9,203 nt of DNA from a virus (taxonomy: Duplodnaviria; Heunggongvirae; Uroviricota; Caudoviricetes): the IMG/VR virus record IMGVR_UViG_2548876962_000017. One strand, 5' to 3'. This document shows, piece after piece, positions 1-7,579 of this stretch (position 1 is the first letter of the stretch; each line of letters opens with the position of its first letter). The notes under the pieces were generated by a model. It was not told the origin of the DNA, searched no databases, and saw nothing but the letters and a program-made list of their open reading frames with translations. A program made the translations under genes and the position numbers.

Positions 1-102
1 TTAATGTTTTTTAATGTTGTATTCCACAATGTGTCCACATTTATTATGCGGCTTTTCCGTATAAAGTAGCTTTTCTATGTCACCTTCACGTGTGAGGGTA
101 CC

Positions 103-146
103 AAAAAGAAAACCCGCAGTATTTACGCTGCGGGTTTTCTTGTTTG
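103..146. terminator. Bidirectional intrinsic terminator hairpin
   Basis: Stem acccgcag (113-120) pairs with ctgcgggt (129-136), extendable by A/T pairs, around an 8-nt loop. A T-run follows on the + strand (137-146) and an A-run precedes it (103-112), which is a U-tract for a - strand transcript. It lies downstream of the hok-like gene on the - strand. Confidence 0.55.
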
Positions 147-192
147 TGTCCATGGGATAGGGTGCCACTTCGGCCAGCCTTAGCAACCGATT

Positions 193-214
193 GACGGGGG
201 ATTGCTCCCCCGTC
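193..214 (-). other. GC-rich stem-loop just 3' of the hok-like stop, possibly the 3' fold of the toxin mRNA
   Basis: gacggggg / cccccgtc inverted repeat around a short loop (attgct). No clear U-tract, so more likely an mRNA-stabilising or fold-back element than a terminator. Confidence 0.3.
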
Positions 215-223
215 GCGGTTTCC

Positions 224-364
224 TTACTGCTTACACTGTAAGAACGCCGCAAACTCCGCTCCCCAGAAGCTCATCCGTATTTCACACAGCGAACCGTGCA
301 GCATCCAGATGATGAGGATTACCGTCACGCAGAACGTGATGGCTATCAGCGATTTTTGCGACAT
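224..364 (-). CDS. hok: Hok/Gef-family type I toxin (small membrane-depolarising peptide), 46 aa
   Basis: Hand translation of the - strand from ATG 364..362 to TAA 226..224 gives MSQKSLIAITFCVTVILIIWMLHGSLCEIRMSFWGAEFAAFLQCKQ. It has one hydrophobic transmembrane stretch followed by the SLCE(I/L)R and AAF(L/M)xC/Y motifs of Hok/Gef/HokA-type toxins. SD AGGAG lies 8 nt upstream (379..375). Too short for the ORF track. Confidence 0.8.
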   Translation of the reverse strand: MSQKSLIAITFCVTVILIIWMLHGSLCEIRMSFWGAEFAAFLQCKQ

Positions 365-581
365 AGCGCTTGCTCCTTTTTCGGAGAGGCGCTAACCTGT
401 CACTTGCTTAGGGTAGACGGTTAGGGCCTCGGTTAAACAGAGATGTTTTCCGGGGCCTTTCCACATCCGGCTTTCGGGTATTCCCTCCGACCATCAGCCG
501 AAAGGCACCCGCGCGTAATTTACCGTTTTCTGAGTTAATTCTCCAAATAAAATTCCAGAGTCAAAAAACAGATACAGGCGA
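365..581 (-). promoter_or_regulatory. Leader region of the hok-like gene; expected location of the hok promoter, any mok-like frame and the antisense Sok-like RNA; may also contain the prophage end
   Basis: About 215 bp non-coding gap between the ogr stop (582) and the hok start (364), with several stem-loops (e.g. 424-456, 470-504). No overlapping mok-like frame with a canonical start was found; both alternative frames hit stops (TGA, TAA) within 45 nt upstream of the hok ATG. Confidence 0.3.
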
Positions 582-839
582 TCACATTACCGGAAACGGC
601 AGTGACAACTGCGCATCACCCCGGTGAGACGCAGGCAGGCTTTGCCACGGAATATCCTGTGAAGTGCTGCCATAACGTTTAACAGTGAGTTTGTCGAAAC
701 TCTCCAGCGTCGAGAAGGAGAGACTGCATTCCGGGTTGTTGCACTGGCAGAGTTTCCAGCGGACAGTTCCGGTATCGTTCGCTGCGCGACTGGTGCGGGT
801 GCGTGTGCTCGCACCACAAAAAGGACACGGAAAAGACAC
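582..839 (-). CDS. ogr: Ogr/Delta-family zinc-finger late transcription activator
   Basis: The translation contains CPFC...ARTSR...CQCNNPEC-S-x-x-F, matching the P2 Ogr pattern CPLC...ARTSR...CQNVNC-S-A-T-F. The preferred start is GTG 839..837 with SD AGGAGG at 853..848 and an 8-nt spacer, giving 85 aa. The ORF-track start ATG 911 has no SD and would overlap the gpD 3' end. Confidence 0.8.
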   Translation of the reverse strand: MSFPCPFCGASTRTRTSRAANDTGTVRWKLCQCNNPECSLSFSTLESFDKLTVKRYGSTSQDIPWQSLPASHRGDAQLSLPFPVM

Positions 840-889
840 GACGAAGACCTCCTTTTTCGTGAAGGTGAATCGTCGTGATTTTATTCTGG

Positions 890-2023
890 TTATTCCTGTT
901 GTGCTATCCATTCAGGAATTTTTAATTCCAGTTCAAGCCGCGTGGTGAAGCCGCTGTCGTCGATGTTGTGCTCCACCTTCGCCAGCACCCAGTCTTCCGC
1001 GTCGATGTCGCTCTTGAAACCGGATACCGTGCCGCGCATTTCGGGGTACAGGTCGGGGCGACCGCGTGCCAGTGTGATGGAGAACTCCGCCGCACCGCGC
1101 TGTAGCTGCTGCCACTTTGCCGCCGCCGCACGGCGTGCGGCCTCCTCGTTTTTGAAGGTTTGGCGCATGACGTACACATTGCCGTCTGCGCCCTCGATGT
1201 AATCCCCCTCGCGGCTGCTGCTTTTCTCCTTTTTTGTTTTTTGGGCAGAACCACGTTTCTTCACGCTGACTTTTTTCTTTTTGCCATAGTCCAGGTCCAG
1301 CCAGTAAGCGCGTACCCCCGTGTACGCCTGCCGGTCTGCAATGCGGAAGTGATGGCTGTCACCGCTGCTGCGGGTGATGGCGAATGAGGGCAGCGGCTTT
1401 CCGCTGGCGCTCACCCCCTGTCCGGGCACGATGAAAAGCAGTGCGCCGTTCTTGACGGTGGCTATGGCTCCCAGCATGTCTGCCATACGCGTGAGAAACG
1501 AGATGTCACTTTCCTCCGTCTGGTCGGCGTGGTCGATTTCCACCCCTGCCAGCGAGGCGCTGATTTGCGCTTTCAGCCCGTAACGGTACGCGATGGCAGA
1601 AACAACCTGCCCCACCGTCACGTCATGCCAGGACACTTCACGCTTCACGTTGAACTCCTGGCGGAAGTCTGCGCTGCTGGCCGTAATGGTGAGTCTGTCC
1701 GGCGGTCCCTCGTGTGTCACCTCGTCAACGATGAACGCTCCCTTGTCCGTCAGCGCCTCACCTTTCCAGCCCAGCGCCAGTCCCAGCTTCTGCCCTCGCT
1801 TCGGGAGACGCACGCCGCCGTCGCTGTCGTCAATCGTGAGGGTTAACTGGTCTGCCTCAAATCCCCGGTTGTCGGTCATTGCCAGCGAGATGACCCGTCG
1901 GGTTAACGCCTCGTTTTCCTCTTTTTTTCCGGTTTCCGCGTTGTCAGTTGTGACGGAAAAATCCGGTATCTTCACGCACTCTGCCAGCCCCGCGAGGTAT
2001 CCGTTAATGCCTGAAAGGTTCAT
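890..2023 (-). CDS. D: P2 gpD-family tail protein (late control gene D, baseplate hub-like)
   Basis: Long - strand ORF with gpD-family motifs (RRVISLAMTDNRGFEADQLTLTIDDSDGG, GWKG, FRIADRQAYTGV, lysine-rich linker, SGFTTRLELE C-terminus), positioned immediately upstream of ogr as in P2. Preferred start is ATG 2023 (M56 of the track ORF) with GGAG 8 nt upstream, giving 377 aa. Alternative starts are 2095 and 2188. Confidence 0.8.
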   Translation of the reverse strand: MNLSGINGYLAGLAECVKIPDFSVTTDNAETGKKEENEALTRRVISLAMTDNRGFEADQLTLTIDDSDGGVRLPKRGQKLGLALGWKGEALTDKGAFIVDEVTHEGPPDRLTITASSADFRQEFNVKREVSWHDVTVGQVVSAIAYRYGLKAQISASLAGVEIDHADQTEESDISFLTRMADMLGAIATVKNGALLFIVPGQGVSASGKPLPSFAITRSSGDSHHFRIADRQAYTGVRAYWLDLDYGKKKKVSVKKRGSAQKTKKEKSSSREGDYIEGADGNVYVMRQTFKNEEAARRAAAAKWQQLQRGAAEFSITLARGRPDLYPEMRGTVSGFKSDIDAEDWVLAKVEHNIDDSGFTTRLELELKIPEWIAQQE

Positions 2024-2186
2024 CCCGCTTTCTCCGTCTGTGTCTTCGTCCTGCAAATCATTCCACACACGCGAAATACACCGCGAGCCGCGCATGTTGT
2101 AGGAGAACGGCGAGAAGGGGCGGCGCGTGAATGTCGGGGTGTTTTTCGGGAGGATAGTGCCACAGAAAAAACACCAGGAGGTGCTC

Positions 2187-3368
2187 ATGAGTGAAACACG
2201 CTTTCACGGTGCACGCGTCAAAGAAAACACCGACCTCGTGACCGCGATTAATGACATTGATTCCAGTGTCATTGGCATCGTGGCCACGGCAGACGATGCA
2301 GACAGCGACGCGTTCCCGTTAAACAAGCCCGTATTGATCACCCGCGTGGCGAATGTGCTGGGTAAGGCAGGCACAACAGGCACGCTGTACAAAACGCTCA
2401 AGGCGATTTCCGACCAGACCAGCCCGAAGGTTATCGTGGTGCGTGTGGCAGAAGCCGGAGAGGAAGGTGAGACACAGGATCAGCTTGTCATCGGTGGCTC
2501 GCAGGCTGACGGCAGCTACACGGGCATGTATGCCCTGCTGGTTGCTGAACAGGACGAGAGCATTGGTTACCGCCCGCGCATTCTGGCGGCTCCCGGTCTG
2601 GATACCGAAGCAGTCACATCCGCCCTGTGCGTCATTGCGGACAAGCTCCGCGCCTTTGTGTACGCCGGATGTAACGGGTGCGACACGATGGCGGAGGCAA
2701 TCACTTACCGTGCGAAGTTCTCCGCGCGTGAGCTGATGCTGCTGTGGCCTGACTTCATTGCCTACAACCCGGTGAGCGGAAATAACGAAACATTTCCGGC
2801 AGCGGCGTATGCGTGCGGGTTGCGTGCGCGGATTGACAGTGAACAGGGCTGGCACAAGTCACTGTCCAACGTGGCGCTGAAAAATGTTCTCGGTATGTCG
2901 CAGCAGGTGTTCTGGTCGTTGCAGGCCGAAGACAGTGATGCGAACAACCTGAACAACAAGGAAATCACCACGATTATTCGCCGTAACGGCTTTCGCTTCT
3001 GGGGGAACCGTACTGCCGAAACCAGCGACTACATCTTTGAGGTGTACACGCGCACAGCGCAGATTCTGGCAGATACCATCGCTGAGGCGCAGTTCGAAAC
3101 CATTGACGAACCGCTGACCCCGGCGAACGTGAAGGACGTGATTAGCGCCATCCGCGCAAAACTCAATGCCCTGGTCACCGCCGGAAAACTCATCGGTGCG
3201 GAGTGCTGGTATGACGTGCTGGACAACGGCACGACGGATTTGCGTCAGGGGCGCGTGCGCATCCGCTACAAGTACACGCCAGTGCCACCGATGGAAGATC
3301 TGACGCTGTATCAGACCTTCACGGATGAGTATTTCGACTCCGCTTTTGCAACGCTGGGAGGTGCGTAA
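2187..3368 (+). CDS. FI: Contractile tail sheath protein (P2 gpFI family)
   Basis: Strong P2 FI-like motifs (FPLNKPVLIT, QYTGMYALLVAE, PRILAAPGLDTEAV, LRAFVYAG, ELMLLWPDF, GLRARIDSEQGWHKSLSNV, IRRNGFRFWGNRT, RYKYTPVPPMEDLTLYQ). Start is ATG 2187 with AGGAGG at 2176-2181, 394 aa. The track start GTG 2127 is an upstream in-frame artefact. Confidence 0.93.
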   Translation: MSETRFHGARVKENTDLVTAINDIDSSVIGIVATADDADSDAFPLNKPVLITRVANVLGKAGTTGTLYKTLKAISDQTSPKVIVVRVAEAGEEGETQDQLVIGGSQADGSYTGMYALLVAEQDESIGYRPRILAAPGLDTEAVTSALCVIADKLRAFVYAGCNGCDTMAEAITYRAKFSARELMLLWPDFIAYNPVSGNNETFPAAAYACGLRARIDSEQGWHKSLSNVALKNVLGMSQQVFWSLQAEDSDANNLNNKEITTIIRRNGFRFWGNRTAETSDYIFEVYTRTAQILADTIAEAQFETIDEPLTPANVKDVISAIRAKLNALVTAGKLIGAECWYDVLDNGTTDLRQGRVRIRYKYTPVPPMEDLTLYQTFTDEYFDSAFATLGGA

Positions 3369-3884
3369 ATGGCTGTACCACGTTACGTTCGCCAGTTCAC
3401 GCTGTTTGTGAACGGCAAAAACAAAATCGGCACGGTGACAGGCGTCACTCTGCCCAAGCTGACCCGAAAAACCGAAGCCTATCGCGGTGGTGGGATGCTG
3501 GGTGCGGTGCATATTGACCTCGGACTGGATGACGGCGCACTGGATGCCTCATTCACCACCGGCGGTGTTGAAAAAGAGTTGCTCCAGGAATACGCCACCG
3601 GCATCAATGAAGTGGCACTGCGCTTTGTGGGTGAGCTGTTCACCGATGGTGAGGAAAGTCAGCTCCTTGAGGTGGAGATGCGCGGACGCATCACGGAAAT
3701 CGACCGTGGCGAAACCAAACAGGGCGACACCACGCAGTACACCTTCGCCGTCAAAAACACCTACTACAAGGAGTCGGTGGATGACAGCGATGTGACAGAA
3801 ATCGACCTGCTGAACTTCATCTACAAAAAAGACGGCCAGAACGTCTTTGGCGACCGCGTGAGTTCGGCGCTCGGTCTGAACTGA
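3369..3884 (+). CDS. FII: Tail tube protein (P2 gpFII family)
   Basis: 171 aa with VTLPKLTRK, YRGGGM, DLGLDDGAL and EVEMRGRITEIDRGETKQG motifs. Its ATG directly follows the FI stop (TAAATG), with GGGAGG upstream. Confidence 0.9.
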   Translation: MAVPRYVRQFTLFVNGKNKIGTVTGVTLPKLTRKTEAYRGGGMLGAVHIDLGLDDGALDASFTTGGVEKELLQEYATGINEVALRFVGELFTDGEESQLLEVEMRGRITEIDRGETKQGDTTQYTFAVKNTYYKESVDDSDVTEIDLLNFIYKKDGQNVFGDRVSSALGLN

Positions 3885-3896
3885 CAGCATTAACAG

Positions 3897-3915
3897 GGCG
3901 GCACATTGTGCCGCC
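3897..3915 (+). promoter_or_regulatory. Intercistronic perfect hairpin between tube and gpE genes (possible attenuator or mRNA-stability element)
   Basis: ggcggcac-att-gtgccgcc: 8-bp perfect GC-rich stem with a 3-nt loop, 13 nt after the FII stop and just before the gpE SD (AGGAG 3918-3922). No U-tract, so not a full terminator. Confidence 0.35.
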
Positions 3916-3930
3916 ACAGGAGAAAGAAAA

Positions 3931-4347
3931 ATGGCAGCAAAGAAAGATGACATCATGAACAGCGAAATCGTCGTAGGTGACACCACCACTGAAAACATCG
4001 ATGTGGCAGAGGAAAACACCGTGGATAACGCTGAAGCCGCAGAGGAAAAAACGGGTGTGAAGTTATCCTGCCCGGTGGTACGTGGCGAACGCGTTATTGA
4101 CTACGTGGAGATTGGCGAGGAAATCCGTCAGGCAGGCTCGTTGCGCGGGCTGTCTCTGATTGAGGTGCTGAACCTCAAAACGGACCCGATGATGACGCTG
4201 CTTTCGCGCGTGACCGCACCACGCCTGAAACTGGCAGAAATTCAGTCACTGTCCACCGGTGATTTCGTGGCGCTGGCGACTATGGCTGCGAATTTTTTTG
4301 CTCCCACGGAGTCTGCGAAACCGCCCGTGGCGGTGATGGAAGCGTAA
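3931..4347 (+). CDS. E: Tail assembly chaperone gpE (zero-frame product)
   Basis: 138-aa ORF between tube and tape measure genes with SD AGGAG 8 nt upstream. It has an acidic N-terminal region, a GSLRGLSL motif, and a T7G slippery run near its 3' end. Confidence 0.75.
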   Translation: MAAKKDDIMNSEIVVGDTTTENIDVAEENTVDNAEAAEEKTGVKLSCPVVRGERVIDYVEIGEEIRQAGSLRGLSLIEVLNLKTDPMMTLLSRVTAPRLKLAEIQSLSTGDFVALATMAANFFAPTESAKPPVAVMEA

Positions 4348-4511
4348 TCACGCTGGCGAAGTTCGACAACGTTGAAGAACTGGTCGCTGATATAGCAGTC
4401 GTGTTTAACTGGTCGCCCGGCGAGATATTCTCAATGCCTCTCGTCGAGGTGATGAGCTGGCGTGAGCGGGCGGCGCAACGTAGCGGAGTCCGCAACAGTG
4501 AAATCCCTTGA
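3931..4511 (+). CDS. E+E': gpE+E' tail assembly chaperone made by programmed -1 frameshift (about 193 aa)
   Basis: After the slip at 4293-4299 the -1 frame is open for 70 codons (CSHGVCETARGGDGSVITLAKFDNVEELVADIAVVFNWSPGEIFSMPLVEVMSWRERAAQRSGVRNSEIP) and stops at 4509-4511, just inside the 5' end of the tape measure gene. This is the geometry expected for P2 E/E+E' and lambda G/GT. Confidence 0.6.
4293..4299 (+). other. Slippery heptamer T_TTT_TTT(G) for -1 ribosomal frameshifting
   Basis: aaTTTTTTTg lies in the E reading frame as AAT TTT TTT GCT (Asn-Phe-Phe-Ala), so an X_XXY_YYZ heptamer is correctly phased for tandem tRNA-Phe slippage. Confidence 0.6.
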
Positions 4512-7500
4512 TATTCGTGTCAGCTTTGGCGCAATTGACCGGCTGACACGCCCGACCGAAAACGCCCGCCGTCAGGTGGGCGCTCTCACTGAATCCCTTC
4601 AGAAGACGCAGAACAACATACAGGCGCTCGACAGACAGTCGAAGGTGTTCGATCGTGCCGCCGGAAATCTCAGTAAATACCGCGAACAGATTGCCCGCGC
4701 GGAGCAGAGGCTCGCCGGGCTGCGAAAGGCAGAGCAGAACGGTAACATCCTCTCCGAAAAGCAGCGTGAAACGCTGGCGGCACTCTCCGCGCGGCTTGAG
4801 CGCCTGAACGAGCTGCGCACGCGCGAGCGCGAAAAACTCCAGGCGGCGGCAGGCGAAATGCGCAAACACGGCATTCTGCTTTCCGGCAGCAGCCGCACCA
4901 TTGAAAGTGCCGTTCGCCGTACACAGCAGTACAACGAGCAGCTCGAGCGCGAACGGCAGGCACTGGCTCGCGTGACGCAGGCACAGAGCCGTTATGAGGC
5001 CGCGAAGGCACAGGCGGAAAAACTGCGCAACACAGGGGCTGTGGCGATGGCGGCGGGTACAGGCGGCCTGTATGCGGCGCAGCGTATGATGGCTCCGGCG
5101 ATGGAGTCCGAACAGCACGGTGCGGTCATCGCAGCCGGTTCGGGGGAAGGCGCACAGGATGGCGCACGTTACACCCACATCATCCGTAACATACAGGCTG
5201 ACGGTCTCGCTGATTTTGCCGGTGCTGCGGAGGCTGTGAGTGCGGTACGCAGTACGCTCGGTGCACTGGGCGACACCGGCGACCGGGAACTGGAGCGCAT
5301 CAGCCGTCGTGCGCTGGATATGCGGACCGTCTTTGGTGTTGATGTGCCGCAGAGCATTCAGGCCGCTGCCATCATGATGAAGAACGGGCTGGCTGCCAGC
5401 AGTGACGAGGCTACTAACCTGATGACGGCAGGCATGCAGCGCATGTCCGCTGAAATGCGCGATGAACTGCCGGAAATTCTGCATGAGTATTCCACCCACT
5501 TCCGCAACATGGGCTTCACCGGCAGCGAGACAATGAGTCTGCTGGTTGAGATGGCAAAGCAGGGCAAGTTTGCGCTGGACAAAACCGGCGATGCCGTGAA
5601 GGAGTTCAGTATCCGTGGTTCGGATATGTCGAAATCCAGTGTCTCAGCGTATGAGACACTCGGCCTGAATGCCGAACGGGTGTCTGCTGCCATTGCACAG
5701 GGGGGCAGCACCGCACGTCAGGCGATGCAGGTGACCGCCCGTGCACTGCTGGCCATCCGTGACCCGGCAGAGCGGGCGAACACGGCTATTGCGCTGTTCG
5801 GCACACCCGTTGAAGACCTCTCCGTTGACCAGATCCCGCAGTTCTTAAAGGCGCTGGCCGATGTCCGTGACAACCTGGGTGATGTCAGCGGCGTGGCAGA
5901 CCGCATGGGGCAGACGCTGCGCGGTAATCTTTCCGGCGATGTTCAGGCGCTGAGTGGTGCGTTCTCAGGGCTACGCACGGACATCTTCGGTACTGTGACC
6001 GAGGATTTGCGCGGGCTGGTTCAGACGGTGAGCGCGTGGGTGACCCGGATGCGCGAATGGGTCGGAGAGCATCATGCGCTGGTCAGAGTCCTGGTGCTGA
6101 CCGGCGGGAGTGTTCTGGCGCTGTCTTCCACGTTCGGTGCGCTGTCACTGACGCTAGGGCTGATTGCGGGACCACTGGCAAAACTGCAACTGGGACTGGG
6201 GCTGCTGACGGGGGGCGGTGGCATTGGTGGTGCTGTCCGGCTTGTGTCTGCGATGGCACTGCGCCTGACGGGGCTGCCTGCGCTGTGGGGGCTGGTCACG
6301 GGGGCGGTGTCGGTACTGGGGGGCGCACTGGGGGCGCTGTTCAGTCCGGTCGGGCTGATTGTTGCCGCCCTGGTGGGCGGCGCGGTTCTGGTGTGGAAAT
6401 ACTGGGATCAGATCAGCGCGTTTTTTTCCGGCTTTTTTGCCGGAGTGTGGGAGGCGCTGCAACCGCTGCGGGAAGCCTTTGCGTCGCTGGCTCCGGTGTT
6501 CGGGCTGATTGGCGATGGCATCAAAGCCGTGTGGGAGTGGTTCACCCGCCTGCTTGAACCTGCAAACGCCTCAAAAGAGACACTCGACAAATGCACCAGC
6601 GCCGGGGAGTCGTTCGGGAAAACGCTGGGGTGGGTCATTCAGAACATTGTGCTGGGGCCGCTGACGATGCTCCTTGATGGCCTCGGCACAGTGCTGAAGT
6701 GGCTGGGTGTTATCCCGGATGGCATCAGGGAAGCGCAGAAGGAGACGCAAAAACTCCAGGAGAGTGCCGCAAAACAGGCCACACAAAAAGCGCCGGTTGC
6801 GTGGGAGTGGGATCCTGCACAGAAAAAAATGGTGCAGAAAACATGGTCGTGGTCATCAGATGCAGCGGAAAACAACGGTGACAATAAACCCGCAATACCT
6901 GCCCCTGCTGTTTCCGGAGAGGTGAAGGGAACGGCGGACAATCCGGTCGGCAAACCCGGTAGTAAATCCCCGCTGGATGAGGCGTGGTTCCGGCAGGGGA
7001 TACAGAAAACCGCCAGCAACACCGGCGGGCTGCTTGAGGAAACTAAAAAACGTACTGGTCCCGGCGATATTGTTTTCAAAAATCTGCCCGGACCCGAAAT
7101 CATTCACGGCGAGTGGAAAGCACCGCAGGTTATCCGGACAGTGCAGGCGGTATCGGCGGGCGGAGGACTGACGGATGCGCTGACAACGCTCTGGCAGAAA
7201 CTCACCGGAAGACAGACTATTTCGCCCGTTCCGGCAGTGAATGTGCCAGCACCGGTGGTGAATGTGGCGCGTCAGGTGTCCGCACTGCCGCAGCCGCGTA
7301 ACGTGACGGAAGGTATGACTGGTGCGGTGATGGCTTCCGCTCCCGTCGCGGAGGCTATCCGGCTCCCGTTGCGACCGGAAGCGGCCAGAAGGGAAGCTAC
7401 GCCACAACCGCAGGCTGCTGCGTTTTCCGGTGAGATACATGTACATCTGCACAACGTCAACACACAGAATCCGCGCGAACTGGCAAAACTGGTTGGTGAG

Positions 7501-7566
7501 GCCGTCCGCGAAGAGATGCGCAGACAGGCGCGTACAGGCATGAACAGCTTCCGTGACAGGGACTAA
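4498..7566 (+). CDS. T: Tail tape measure protein (P2 gpT family)
   Basis: Over 1000-aa ORF with a coiled-coil-rich N-terminal third, a central Gly/Ala/Leu-rich hydrophobic segment (about 6060-6420) and a Pro/Ala-rich C-terminal region. The frame opens after TGA 4453-4455 and the first in-frame ATG is far downstream, so the start is GTG 4498 (GGAG 4485-4488, 9-nt spacer; 1022 aa) or GTG 4462 (1034 aa). It overlaps the E' end. Confidence 0.9.
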   Translation: MKSLDIRVSFGAIDRLTRPTENARRQVGALTESLQKTQNNIQALDRQSKVFDRAAGNLSKYREQIARAEQRLAGLRKAEQNGNILSEKQRETLAALSARLERLNELRTREREKLQAAAGEMRKHGILLSGSSRTIESAVRRTQQYNEQLERERQALARVTQAQSRYEAAKAQAEKLRNTGAVAMAAGTGGLYAAQRMMAPAMESEQHGAVIAAGSGEGAQDGARYTHIIRNIQADGLADFAGAAEAVSAVRSTLGALGDTGDRELERISRRALDMRTVFGVDVPQSIQAAAIMMKNGLAASSDEATNLMTAGMQRMSAEMRDELPEILHEYSTHFRNMGFTGSETMSLLVEMAKQGKFALDKTGDAVKEFSIRGSDMSKSSVSAYETLGLNAERVSAAIAQGGSTARQAMQVTARALLAIRDPAERANTAIALFGTPVEDLSVDQIPQFLKALADVRDNLGDVSGVADRMGQTLRGNLSGDVQALSGAFSGLRTDIFGTVTEDLRGLVQTVSAWVTRMREWVGEHHALVRVLVLTGGSVLALSSTFGALSLTLGLIAGPLAKLQLGLGLLTGGGGIGGAVRLVSAMALRLTGLPALWGLVTGAVSVLGGALGALFSPVGLIVAALVGGAVLVWKYWDQISAFFSGFFAGVWEALQPLREAFASLAPVFGLIGDGIKAVWEWFTRLLEPANASKETLDKCTSAGESFGKTLGWVIQNIVLGPLTMLLDGLGTVLKWLGVIPDGIREAQKETQKLQESAAKQATQKAPVAWEWDPAQKKMVQKTWSWSSDAAENNGDNKPAIPAPAVSGEVKGTADNPVGKPGSKSPLDEAWFRQGIQKTASNTGGLLEETKKRTGPGDIVFKNLPGPEIIHGEWKAPQVIRTVQAVSAGGGLTDALTTLWQKLTGRQTISPVPAVNVPAPVVNVARQVSALPQPRNVTEGMTGAVMASAPVAEAIRLPLRPEAARREATPQPQAAAFSGEIHVHLHNVNTQNPRELAKLVGEAVREEMRRQARTGMNSFRDRD

Positions 7567-7579
7567 AGGAGACACAATT

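Noticed and set aside
1-252. 83-aa - strand ORF at the left edge
   Set aside because: It runs straight through the terminator hairpin at 113-136, overlaps the 3' end of the hok-like gene in another frame, and has no recognisable family features. Most likely a spurious ORF. A short plus-strand frame ending at TAG 64-66 could instead be the tail of a gene beyond the left edge, but this cannot be assessed.
685-948. 87-aa + strand ORF antisense to ogr, and the 76-aa ORF at 587-817
   Set aside because: They overlap the Ogr zinc-finger gene in other frames. Only the Ogr frame shows the conserved CxxC...Cx4C pattern.
922-2102. Alternate-frame and antisense ORFs inside gpD (922-1254, 942-1202, 1160-1387, 1374-1583, 1529-1846, 1593-2102)
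   Set aside because: They overlap the gpD gene, whose translation carries clear family motifs. Their translations are low-complexity and lack start signals.
2127-2186. GTG 2127 as sheath start and GTG 7553 as gpU start (ORF-track coordinates)
   Set aside because: Both are upstream in-frame alternative codons without SD. The downstream ATGs (2187, 7580) have strong SDs and restore the conserved N-termini (MSETRF..., MMMIFG...).
2095-2188. Longer N-terminal extensions of gpD (starts at 2095 or 2188, giving 401 or 432 aa)
   Set aside because: Neither upstream ATG has a Shine-Dalgarno sequence. The 2188 start would overlap the sheath start codon and remove all promoter space. The extra N-terminal residues (MSTSWCFFCGTILPKNTPTF...) look non-protein-like. 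Start 2023 has GGAG with proper spacing and gives a P2-like length.
2319-3512. - strand ORFs of 178 and 217 aa (2319-2855, 2859-3512) and + strand ORF 2353-2736
   Set aside because: Antisense or alternate-frame to the well-supported sheath and tube genes. No independent coding evidence.
4405-5499. 364-aa - strand ORF
   Set aside because: Entirely antisense to the 5' third of the tape measure gene. It is Arg/Ala/Cys-rich as expected for a GC-rich antisense frame and has no start context. Treated as an artefact.
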